Of a stretch of DNA of 51,479 bases, positions 33,969 to 44,973 are shown piece by piece. Origin of the DNA: Macrostomum lignano. Its lineage: Eukaryota. A program made the translations under genes and the position numbers. The DNA is taken from assembly GCA_002269645.1 (NCBI GenBank), contig NIVC01004293.1, positions 1-51,479 of the forward strand. The letters are read 5' to 3'. The stretch's first letter is position 1, and each line of letters begins with the position of its first letter. Under the pieces are notes generated by a model. It was given only the letters and a program-made list of their open reading frames with translations. It searched no databases and was not told where the DNA came from.

Positions 33969-35116
33969 GCCAGCTGTTTTCAGGGTCGCAGGTGCAGCCT
34001 GCCATACGCCAAACTGAATAAGACACATAACACAGACAAGCATCGTGCTCAATAGATAACAACTTGATATTTTATTTTATATTTTTAATCAATATTTAAT
34101 CAACAACCAACAATTTATGAATAGTTAAGTGACACGCATTTTGCAACAACAAGCAAGTGGCTCGGGAAGTATAACTTACCTCTGTTACTCATATTAATAG
34201 AAGGAATTTCGCATAAAACTAAATATAAGCTTTGGACATGTGCATTAATATTTTAAGCAGGCTGAATTGCCAGACACGGGCCAACATGACACGAGGACAG
34301 CTTAGAACAGTAATAATAATAATGCACACACAACACAACACCGCAACGCTCACTACTCTGTTATATTCGGATAGCTTATATCACAGGGCAGGCGAACCGT
34401 ACAATACTCACAACATACTACTAGCGAGTAAAATTAGTAGACAGTAGCACATATATTTATGCGATTAGTAGCAGTGAAAGATGCGCAATAATAAAAGGGA
34501 AATGAGTAAGTAAAACACCCGATAACCATGAAAGGAGCAGTGTTTTTAACAGAGATGGAGAAAACACAAAATAAATTCGGTAATTACTTGTAACTACCGC
34601 AAAACAGGATATACGAGTAAATTACGGTCTAGAAGTACAATTTAAAATATAAATTAATGTTTAACAACAATAATAATTATTATTTCAAAAGAGAATTGTG
34701 AGGACAAGCCACAAAGGACGTCAATTTTAGGGGACGAACACTACTATAGCCTATAATAGATGTCTTATTACTACCAGATATTAAGCAAAACGTACAATGT
34801 CTAAAAAAATTGGAACATCACAATGTCTGGTCTGTGCTGTTAGCGCCTGGGGAAGGTATATAACACTTGTTACCAACAAAAAACCAGAATGACATATTAA
34901 TATTATTTATAGAATATTGCCGATGATAGAGTTGGAACTGAACATTTATATATTAAATTTTGGAATTCATTTTAGCTACAAGAACCGTTTCTGCAGTCCT
35001 AAAGGAGCAGCCATAGGGCATCTCTTTTTGAGGATAAAACTTTCTCTGCTTTGAACAGATGGTTTAACCGTCTATTGATCTTGTTTTCAATATTTTTCTA
35101 CACACTCGTATGCCAT

Positions 35117-35615
35117 CAGGGTCGGTAAACTATTTTAACCTAAGGGCCAGATGAGAGAGAGGAAAAGAGAGGGGAGAGAAAAGACGGGTGATAAGAGGGG
35201 GGAGAGAAGATAGAGATAGATAGAGAGAGAGAGTGAGAGGAGATACAGAGAATGTGTGAGAGGATAGGGACAGAGAGAAAGAGAGTGTGAGAGGAGACAA
35301 AGATAGAGATAGATATAGAAAGAGAGAAAGTGTGAGGAGATAGAGATAAAGAGAGAAAGAGAGAGTGTGAGAGGAGATAGAGATAGAGATAGAAAGAGAG
35401 TGAGAGTGAGAGGAGATACAGAGAGAGAGGTGTGTGAGGAGATAGAGATAGAGATAGAAAGAGAGTGAGAGTGAGAGGAGATACAGAGAGAGAGGTGTGT
35501 GAGGAGATAGAGATAGAGAGAGAAAGAGAGTGAGAGTGAGAGGAGATACAGAGAGAGAGAAGTGTGAGAGGAGACAGAGATAGAGATAGATAGAGAAAAA
35601 GTTTGCCGAACCCTC
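35117..35615. mobile_element. hAT-like MITE whose interior is a GA/GATA tract
   Basis: Left end cagggtcggtaaact, right end agtttgccgaaccct (imperfect TIR); no clear 8-bp TSD. Confidence 0.55.
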
Positions 35616-35714
35616 TTCAATATCTTGCCAACAGGCAACTTGCCAACACGAATAGAAAAAGGTTTGCTTGCCAGCTACACTCTGCTGACAGTTCTATTGA
35701 TAATCAATGCGATT

Positions 35715-36314
35715 CTAAGAAGCCCGCTTGCCCTTGGCCTGCTGCTGCTTGGACTTCTTCTGCTTCGCCTGCTGTCGCTGCTGTTCAATGGGCTCCCAGG
35801 ACTCAAAGTCCGAGTCCTCCTCGGCCCATTTCTCCTCGTCAAGCTGCTCTTCCTCCTCCTCCTCCTGCTGCTGCTCGGCGCCGCCGAGGCTCAGGTTCAG
35901 CAAGTCGCCAGTCGGACAGCCGTCCGGCTCGGACTGTCGCGGCTTCGGCTGTTTTGACTTCTTCTGCGCTGAGTTGCCGCCGCCGCCGCCGTTGCCATTG
36001 CGACTGTCCGATTGTCTGGCCGGGCTGTCCCAGCCGGAGCTGCCCCAGTCTGCCCAGCTGTCGTCGCCTTGCTGCTGCTGCTGGGGCGGCTGCTGATAAG
36101 CGCCCTGATAGGCTCCTTGGTAGGAGCCGCCCAATGCTCCGTAGCCGCCGCTGCCCGCGTGCGCAGCCATGGACCCCGATGCCGACGAGCCACCGGCAGC
36201 CGCAGCGGCTGCTGTACCCTCGTGGGGATCGCCGTAGTCGCCGCCACAGCCGCCGCCGCCGCCGTGCCAGTACTGTTCGATACTCTTCCAGCTCTTAGTG
36301 CCGGCCAAGCTCAC
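35715..36314 (-). CDS. ARFGAP1: ARFGAP1 last exon
   Basis: tacatctcag|GTG; VSLAGTKSWKSIEQYW resembles VQGVGSKGWRDVTTFF; low-complexity tail with DDSWADWG and FESWE; 600 nt in frame. Confidence 0.85.
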   Translation of the reverse strand: MSLAGTKSWKSIEQYWHGGGGGCGGDYGDPHEGTAAAAAAGGSSASGSMAAHAGSGGYGALGGSYQGAYQGAYQQPPQQQQQGDDSWADWGSSGWDSPARQSDSRNGNGGGGGNSAQKKSKQPKPRQSEPDGCPTGDLLNLSLGGAEQQQEEEEEEQLDEEKWAEEDSDFESWEPIEQQRQQAKQKKSKQQQAKGKRAS

Positions 36315-36610
36315 CTGAGATGTACAGTATTCGTTTTTAGTCAATCAGTCCATCAGCACATTTTAGGGCAAGTTTTCTAGAATAGCTTACACATACTTCC
36401 CTACTACTCAACTAACAGTAGACACAAAGTGTTTTACAAAGCAAATGAAAACAGTTATTAATCAAGCCAATCTGGAGTGAAATTTTTAGCATAATTAGCG
36501 TATTACAGTACTGCAATCAGCAAATACGTACCAATAGATAGCAAATAGCGGATCCAAAGGCTCAGACACTGCATTCATAAAAATTGTTTACAAAAAGTTG
36601 TCCAACTTAC

Positions 36611-36670
36611 TTTACTAGCCACGTTAGAGACACCACTGCCAACACTGTTGAGCAGTGTGCCTTCTTTCAC
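36611..36670 (-). CDS. ARFGAP1: ARFGAP1 60-nt exon (absent from the ORF track)
   Basis: aatttttcag|VKEGTLLNSVGSGVSNVASK|gtaagt matches VKEGKIFDDVSSGVSQLASK. Confidence 0.9.
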
Positions 36671-36849
36671 CTGAAAAATTCAGAAGTGCATGCGCACTTG
36701 TGAGAGCACGAATATAGCACAACATTAAAAGGCCGTAAAATTCTGCTAAGTAAAATAAAGCAAATTAAAAGAGGCAAGTTATAATAAATAAGCTATGAAT
36801 GTAGATTGAGACAATAAACAACAGAGATCAAGAATGAGTGGGGGGGGGG

Positions 36850-37031
36850 GTAACCACACACACCCTTAATTACCGCAGCTAATGCTGGTTACCCATTTTA
36901 CAGCTGGGTGAACTGAAGCAAATGCAGAGTTAAGTGTCTTGCTTTAGGACACAAATCGTTCCGAGTGGTCGAGAATCGAACCCCCGACCTTTCAGTCGTG
37001 AGTCCGACGCTCGAACTGCTAGACTGCAACC
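36850..37031 (-). mobile_element. tRNA-derived SINE with CORE-like central domain
   Basis: ggttgcagtctagcag...ggttcgattc head, then tgtgtcctaaagcaagacacttaactc...cagttcacccagctgtaaaatgggtaacc. Confidence 0.75.
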
Positions 37032-37155
37032 CTCTAATTAAATTGAAACAAGTAAAAGAGGTACACTATAAATAAACTATGAATCTAGATTTAGACAATA
37101 TTTACAACACAGAAAAGGAAGAAAGTTTAATTTTAAAATTGGGCACCAAACAAAC

Positions 37156-37825
37156 CTTCTCATTAACATTAGCCGATAATTCCTTAGTTTTCTTAGCCGC
37201 CGCGCTGGCCAATCGGGTAGCTCCGCTAGAGAACACCGACCAGCCCGATTGGAGGCCACGCAGAGTCTGCCCAGTGTAGCCGTCGCTGCCGTCCTGAAAG
37301 CCGCCAGGCGGGTCCGGCGTGTTGCCGAAGCCTGTATAGCGACCGCCCTGACTAGGCGGCAGGTCGTCTCGTCTAGCCGCATTCTCGACCTGCTTCCTAT
37401 TGAAGAATTCGTCTTTACGACTGCGGACGCCTTCGTCGTTTAGCCAGGCTTCGAGGTTGGCAGCGCCGGCGCTCTGGTAGCCGCCGCCTCCTCCGCCGCC
37501 TGCTGCACCTCCGCTGTACTGCGATCTCTGCTGCTGCTGCGGAGGCGAGGATGCAGGCTGATAGGACTGAAAAGTGGCCACAGTGAAGCTTTTGTGCATT
37601 TTAGCAGCCGAAGTTTCTTCATTCCAAGGCCGGCCCTCGGCTTCCGTAGCGATTTTGTCTTTATAAAGTGCGGCCGCCCGGCTATTGTAGCGATCGTGCA
37701 GGCTGGCGTGCTGATTCCAGTCCGGCTGCTTGGATAGAAATTCGCGCGCTTGCCGATTGCCGCCTACGCGCATCTTCTCTAATTCGATGTCCTTCCATTT
37801 GTCCATGGTTACTGACCGGACAAAA
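37156..37825 (-). CDS. ARFGAP1: ARFGAP1 large internal exon
   Basis: FVRSVTMDKWKDIELEKMRVGGN, YNSRAAALYKDKI, SQGGRYTGFGNT and LQSGWSVFSSGA; acceptor taatcgcag, donor AAG|gtttgt. Confidence 0.95.
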
Positions 37826-37954
37826 CTGCGATTAGGGAATAGAGGTTCTTTATATTACCGTTACAGTACTTAAGAATTGAATTCCATGAACTGAGCTAAT
37901 GCATACGATCTTTTTCTAAAAATATAAGTTGTTCTGTATGAAAACTCAGCTGCT

Positions 37955-38452
37955 GGGATGCCAATGCTCAAGGGGGAGATGCTGAGATGCCATGGGTCAA
38001 GGGGGAGATGCTGAGGTGCCATGGGTCAAGGGGGGGATGCTGAGGTGCCATGGGTCAAGGGGGAGATGCTGAGATGCCATGGGTCAAGGGGGAATGCTGA
38101 GGTGCCATGGGTCAAGGGGGAGATGCTGAGATGCCATGGGTCAAGGGGGAGATGCTGAGGTGCCATGGGTCAAGGGGGAATGCTGAGGTGCCATGGGTCA
38201 AGGGGGAATGCTGAGGTGCCATGGGTCAAGGGGGAATGCTGAGGTGCCATGGGTCAAGGGGGAGATGCTGAGATGCCATGGGTCAAGGGGGAGATGCTGA
38301 GGTGCCATGGGTCAAGGGGGAGATGCTGAGGTGCCATGGGTCAAGGGGGAGATGCTGAGGTGCCATGGGTCAAGGGGGAGATGCTGAGGTGCCATGGGTC
38401 AAGGGGGAATGCTGAGGTGCCATGGGTCAAGGGGGAGATGCTGAGATGCCAG
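37955..38452. repeat. Intronic minisatellite, 28-30-nt unit, about 17 copies
   Basis: tcaagggggagatgctgaggtgccatggg. Confidence 0.96.
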
Positions 38453-38495
38453 GGATTAAAAGAGGACGCTGGTATCTTAGATATCTTAGACATAC

Positions 38496-38605
38496 CTTAA
38501 GTGCACACCAAGTCCACGATGCTTGCCAGAGCATTCCAGACAGATCCAGATGCCATATGTGACGCTGACCCATTGTGGATTGGGACCATTGCATTCGAAG
38601 CAGGT
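38496..38605 (-). CDS. ARFGAP1: ARFGAP1 zinc-finger exon
   Basis: cttttag|[38 protein letters not shown]|gtatgt; ArfGAP CX2CX16CX2C motif. Confidence 0.97.
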
Positions 38606-39596
38606 CTAAAAGTTCGCATTGAAACACAGATCTAGGTTTAAGTTACAAATACAGGGAGCAAGCCAAGCTTGACTTGGCAATACTTGAGCAATATAAGCAA
38701 AGCAAATTTGACACTGATAGAACATGAAATATTTTTCTATGCAAGTTTTTTTAGTTTTATAATTCATTTTGAGTTCATATAAAATATCTCAAGTATTACT
38801 TTTATTATCAAAATAAATTATCTATTGTATGAACATGCATATCTTGAACAGGTACTGATGCCATGGTTCCATTCTCATATGCTAAATGTGGCATTAATTT
38901 ATATTTCTAGCTTGTTTATGATACTTTTTCTTCTAGCTGAAGCTAACAATAGTTACTGAAACTAAGCTTGAAATAAAGACAAAATTATATTACTAATCTT
39001 GTACTCGTAGATTATTGTCTAAGAGGATATAATGGCACATATGCCATACATACTTGTTTTTATTTAAATATGTTAGTATTCCTCATATATTCCTCATTCC
39101 TCAGGTATTTAGATACTTGATGGCTAGACCTATGCATATCAAAGAACATGTGACAGAACCATGTATTGACAATGTACTATAAGAAACTCTTAGGTAGACT
39201 GCAAGGCGACCCTGATTAATAAGGATCATTAGTAATACCAAGGAGAAGTTTTGCACTCCTGTCAAAATGTACTAAATGCAACTGATAGGCAAAAACTCAA
39301 TCATGCTATGCATTGCAAGTAGGCTAGCACTCAAGCTTATCAAGTAGCACTTGCTGCAAGCAAATGATTCAGTCAATGGCAAGCCAAATAAATTTGTCTA
39401 CTGAGCATTAAATGACAAGGAATGTCAATTGAGTGTGGCAACATTTGTGGAATTGAATTTTGAAATCAATAACAATTTCATCCTAGCTCAGTTTGTATGC
39501 TAACATTAGGCTGCCAACCTGTTGACACATTGTAATGGACACTGATATGCAACTGACAGTGCTACATAAATACAAAAAATAGTTCATTATAATAGC

Positions 39597-40215
39597 ACTA
39601 TACATTGTCAGTGAGCTATTAAAATAAATTAATTCCATTTATAGATTCCTAGAATGTGATAGCTGCATAAAGTAGGCACCTTTACTCTATTTGTCTTGAT
39701 GTTAGGAAAATCAAAAGCCAACTTTAGAGAAGTTTTTAAAGCCATTAGCAACTTTGTGCCTAATGCAATATTAACTCACTATGTTGGTGATTTTGAAGTG
39801 AAGGTCTAATGGGCACTATGCTAGGTCTACCTAGCAGTCTAGCTTTGAGGCTGCAATTTTCATTTATTGTAGGCAGTGCACTGAAAAGTGGTTGACCATA
39901 GCGTTCAAACTGCATATATCAAGCTATAGTCAATTAATATTTTTCTGCTGCAAGCTAATGTCCTTTAGCTTCTTGCTAGCAAGTATCATGGATCATTATC
40001 TTAATCTTAAGTAGCTTTGTAGCAATACTGACAATAATCAGCTATAAGACCTCTGCCAGTATGCCAAGAACACTTGACTGCATCATGCCATCTAGACAAG
40101 TCAGTGTACTCAACTAGGTTATATGTATAAACAAAAAGCTAGAAAGATATCAGACAACTAAATGCAAGGTCTGCACAATAGCTTCTATAAGCTTGCTAAG
40201 TTTTTGCACAGAGGT
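39597..40215 (+). pseudogene. Mutator (MULE) DDE transposase relic
   Basis: TIH...FVLMLGKSKANFREVFKAI...YVGDFEVKV*WALC*VYLAV*L*GCNFHLL*AVH*KV, then after one shift KLMSFSFLLA...DN*MQGLHN. Corresponds to MULE GKS, DFE, GCxFHxxQAxxRK and NNxxEGxHN motifs. Confidence 0.85.
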
Positions 40216-42157
40216 ACAGCTAGTCAGCATCAATGCACAGCTTATTAACCCAGACAAATTTAGTATATGTCTAGAGTAAGCATCATATAAACCTGCAGAT
40301 AAATTGCTTCTGATTCTAGAATGAATATAGCACTGGCACATGGTTAGCCTAGCCAGTCATGTTGAAGCTAGAGGCTTGCTTAGACTTGAAATCCACAATT
40401 TGTTAAGTGACACACTTTATGGCAATGTGAAAAGAATCTTAGCTAACTCTTGCTTATATATGTATATGCATTTATGAGTATGAATGTTAAGTATTTTTTT
40501 ATGTATTGATGATGTATTTTTTATTCTACCCATAGCTCACTTAAATTTACCACATTTAACATTGCCTTTTATGCCTATATATATTGGAGTGGTCTAAATT
40601 AACTGATTTGAAGAGTCTAGGACATAGTGGCTAATACAAATTGTGTAATTGGTGGCATCCAAGGGTTATTCCCAAATCTAAAAGCAGAGATTCACAAGGA
40701 GCCAGAATCCATAGAGGTCTAGGACTGCCTAATAGCAAAGATTCTGGCTGCAAAAATGCAATTTCTGCCTAGGCTATGCAAGTAAGATTTCAAATATAAT
40801 TAAAACAGGTTAGAATAAAAAACAAAATGTTTAAATGCAGAAAACTAATTTTTACAACCTACTTTATTTCTCTTAGGCTCTTGATGGTGCTATGCTACTG
40901 CTTCTAGAGAGGGAAATGCAGGACCACCTACCTGGTAGATGTCTTTGTAAACTGTTAGCAAAGGCAATATACTGGCTGCTTTAGTGCCAAAGGACAATAT
41001 CTATTGCAAGCAGGTATTTTGGACTGGACTATTTGCAACAAGCCAAATATATGCTCTCTGGCTCAAGAGTTCATTATCCTATTTGGTCAGAACAGCACCA
41101 CAGAGTGGTTACAGGAAAAGACTAAAAATGATGACACGCTGTTTTATAAACACCCATAGTTTAGTGCTGCACATTGAATACCACTGGTGTTTGGCAAGCT
41201 AGCAAACAGATGATATTCAACTAAGGCAGGATAAGCTGCTTGCTGTAAAGCTGAAAGAGAGCAAGTGGAAGAAACAGGCCTATGCTGCTAAGCTCTGGAT
41301 TTGCATCAGTGAGGTGGCATTCTATGGCAGGCTTTGGAGAACTGTTAAGGTGGATGCAGCTCTGTTTGTACTCCAAGCTAATGACCATGAATGCACAGTC
41401 AAGGCTCAGCTACAACTGCAGAAAGCAACCAGTGAGTTTACTAAACATAAACAAGCAGAACAATAGACAGATATATGCAGATATATTTGTGCATCAGATT
41501 AAAGCAAATTAAAATCCCCTTTCTTTTTTCTGTTTTTTTCTACTAACTAAGCTACTAATGACTAAGGAAAATGAATAAGACATAAAGGGGGATATTATTT
41601 ATTACTAAACTAAATCAAATTCGACTAACTTGGTATCTTTATCTTATTATCTAATCTAAAAAAAAAGAAATTTTGGTAAAATTATGCTAATAACTTAGTA
41701 AGTATTATTCTATAAAGATTTGTAGAAGGTATTTAGTAATCTTATAATATTATAATTATATATAAAATGTTACAGACTTTTTAAAACTCTGACTAGACAT
41801 TAAGACAGAAAAACTGGTGAAAAAATGACCATCATATCATGCATTAGCATCAATATAACATAGTAATTATAATAATAGTTTATGCAATTGAATTATGCTG
41901 TCTGTGCCATTGTGCTATGCTATGCTTTAGTTAGCTTAGTCTTAGTATGCTATGTTCATTTATCTTAGAATTTATAAATAGCAACTATGAGCTATGTGGA
42001 AATGGAATATATATAGAACTAGAAATTTAACACAAATTTAACACCTATCGCCAGAATTTCATTCCCTGAAATCCATCAGCTGAATCCAATGACACGAATC
42101 CCATTGTCTAAATCCTCTCCAAATCCTCTATTAACCCCCCAAAAATCATGTTGTTTT

Positions 42158-43720
42158 ACCTGTTTGCAAAAATTGACTGCCTGCCATTGTCCAGATTAAG
42201 ACTCTCGTCTGTCCCTCTCTCCTCTTTGCTCTCTCATCTCTAATCTCTCCTATCTCCTCTCTGCTCTCATCTGCTCGTTTATCAATCATTTCTCATCTCA
42301 TCTCTTATCTCTCATCTCTACTCTCTACTCTCTCCTTTCTGCACTCTCATATCTACTCTCTTCTTTCTCCTCACTACTTTCTCCTCTACTTTTTCCTCTC
42401 TTCTCTTTTATCTCTTCACTCTCCTCTCCTTTATCTCCTCTCTGCTCTCTCATCTTTCTACTTTCTCCCCTCTCCTCTCTCTCCCCTCATCTTTACTCTT
42501 TTATCTCTTCTCTCTCGTCTTTTGGCTCTACTCCCTCCTGTCTCCTCTTTCTCCTCTCTTACCCCCTCTCCTCTCTCCTCTTAATTCCCTCATCTCTTCT
42601 CTCGCCTTTATTCTCTTTTTCTTTTCTCTAATCTGTCCCTTTTGATTCTCTCTTTTCATGTTCTCTTTCATCTAATATTTTATCCACTCTTTCCTTTTCT
42701 CTTTTCTCTATTCCCTTTCATTTAGCCATTTCATCCTTTCTATCAAACAGATATCATCAAAATCATCTCCGTTAAATGCAATCCAGCATGTATCATCTCC
42801 TTCAAGCTACAATCCATCAATTAAAAAAATATTATCTCTATCAAATTTCAGTCACTCAAGACTATGAAACTAAAGTCTATAAAATATGCTTTTTACTTGT
42901 CTGGATATACGTCAAAAAATTTAAAAAATCCTCTATAAAACCTCTGAAATATCATAGCATGTTTTCCCTGTTTGCAAAAATTGACTGCCAGGTCCAGACT
43001 GAGACTCTCTCCTGTCTCCTCTCTCCTCTTTGCTCCTTTATCTAATCTCTTCTCTCTGCTCTCATCTCTCTCATCTCTACTCTTACTTTCTTATCAATCA
43101 CCTCCTATCTCTCATCTCTCCTCTCTGCGCTCTTATCTCTTTTTTCTTATCTCTATTCTCTCATCTTTCCCCTTTGCTCTCTCTCTTCTCTTCTTGCTTC
43201 TCTTTCTCCTGTCTTCTCTCCTGTCTTCTCTCAATTCTCTCTTATCTCTCCTCTTCTCTTCCATCTCTCATCTCTACTCGCTTATCTATTGCCTCTCCTC
43301 CACCCTGCCCTCTCTCTCTCTTCTCTTTTCTCTCTCGTCTCTTCTCTCTGCTCTCATTTCTCATACTCCTATTTTCTCTCTTACCCTCTCCTTAATCATC
43401 TCTCATCTTTCCCCTCTCCTCTCTACCGTCTCCTGTCTCATCTTTCTTCTCTCTCCTCTGTACTCTCTTATCCCTCTCTCCTCCCATCTTTCCTCCCTCC
43501 TTTGCTCTCTCATTTTTCCTCTCTCCCCTCCTTTCTTCCCTCTACATTCTCTTCTCTTCGCTCTCCCTCTTCATCATTCCCACCTCACTCCCCTCTTCTC
43601 TCCCCTCTGTCATCGACTCGTCTTTAATCTCACAGCTCTCATATCTACTGTCTTTTCTATCATCTTTCTATCCTCTCTTCTCCTTGAAATCTCTTCTCTC
43701 TACTTTCTTATCTGATGGAC
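42158..43720. repeat. Two roughly 800-bp units, each a conserved head followed by a pyrimidine-only CT tract
   Basis: ctgtttgcaaaaattgactgcc...gtccaga(t/c)t(a/g)agactct at about 42160 and 42968. Confidence 0.8.
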
Positions 43721-44186
43721 TGAAAGCACTGATAATCAAACCAATTGAAATTTGTCACCCGCCTCCTCCATTACTGAAATTACTCAAATGATAGCTGGCT
43801 TGAATTTGTGTACGCAACCTCCCCCCAACTACAATCTTGGCAGAAAGTTTAAAAGTATGGAAATCGTTTTTTTAATGCTGTGCTTTTTGTTTTCATATTT
43901 AAAGCAAATAACTTATATCCCCAAACTCTTGGGGATCTTTCCAGCAATATAAATTCTCTTAAAACTTAAAACTCAACACTTATTGACCAAATTGCATAGT
44001 TTCTTGCAAAAATTACAAGATATTGTCAGTGAAGTATAAAAATTACAAGATATTGTCAGTGAAGTATAAAAATTACAATTTCTTAGGAGCATGCCAAAAT
44101 TGGCATTTATTAGAGTATAATTAATTATAATTAATGAACATTGGTTGCTATTTAAAAGTTTTAATGTTATAGTGGCGAATATTCTT

Positions 44187-44973
44187 GGCTCATTCCATAT
44201 AAGCATGGTCGTAACATGACAGGCTATTTTTACTTATAAAATGAAATATAATAATAGAATATACTAAACCAATATTTTAAATGAAAGATAATTTTGTAAA
44301 AAATATTTTTATAGAGTTTCATGTAGATATCATCATTAGTATAGATGCTATTAAACCTTGAAAGGCACTTATGGTCGTAACAACAGGATTTTTGACATAT
44401 AGAAACTAAAAGGTAAAAGTCTTATAACATTTTTATTTTTGATATTTTGCAATACATTTTTTAAAATTTGACTCAGAACATCTTTAGTAATCATACTCTT
44501 TTTGTAGAATATATAAACTCAAAAAGGCAACAAAGATACAAAAGAAAAGGCAGCCTTATGGTCATAACATTATGGTCGTAACATATTTTTTTCTGTCAAT
44601 TCAGTAACTTTGAGGTACCAATATATTAAAAATATAATAGATTATTTGGTCACCAATACTTTTATCTGATGATGCAAGTACTATACTTTTATCTATAGTT
44701 TGTTTCAACCTTCCAAAGCTTTCTATTTGTTTTTAAAAGGTACACAAACTTAATGATGTCTTTTGCTTAGAAAAATGTCTAAATTTTTACAAAAATGACT
44801 TTTTGCCACTTGATAGCATACTAATCTAACATTTTATCATTCATTTATTCTTAGATTGTAGATATTACACATAAAAAACATTTGGTAAAAAAATTGGCTG
44901 ATAAGGCAATGGCAAGCAAAAATATTGACTTTTTTCTATTTTCCAAAAATGTCCATCTTATATAGAATGAGCC
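44187..44973. mobile_element. 787-bp MITE
   Basis: TIRs ggctcattccatataag / cttatatagaatgagcc (1 mismatch in 17); internal atggtcgtaaca motif repeated. Confidence 0.75.

Noticed and set aside
1-38452. Regularly spaced 16-47-nt repeats as CRISPR arrays
   Set aside because: Units are head-to-tail with no unique spacers, there are no cas genes, and the context is eukaryotic introns.
42972-43715. Leu/Ser-rich ORFs (also 2866-3184, 35135-35638, 33801-34055)
   Set aside because: Translations of CT or CTAT low-complexity tracts.
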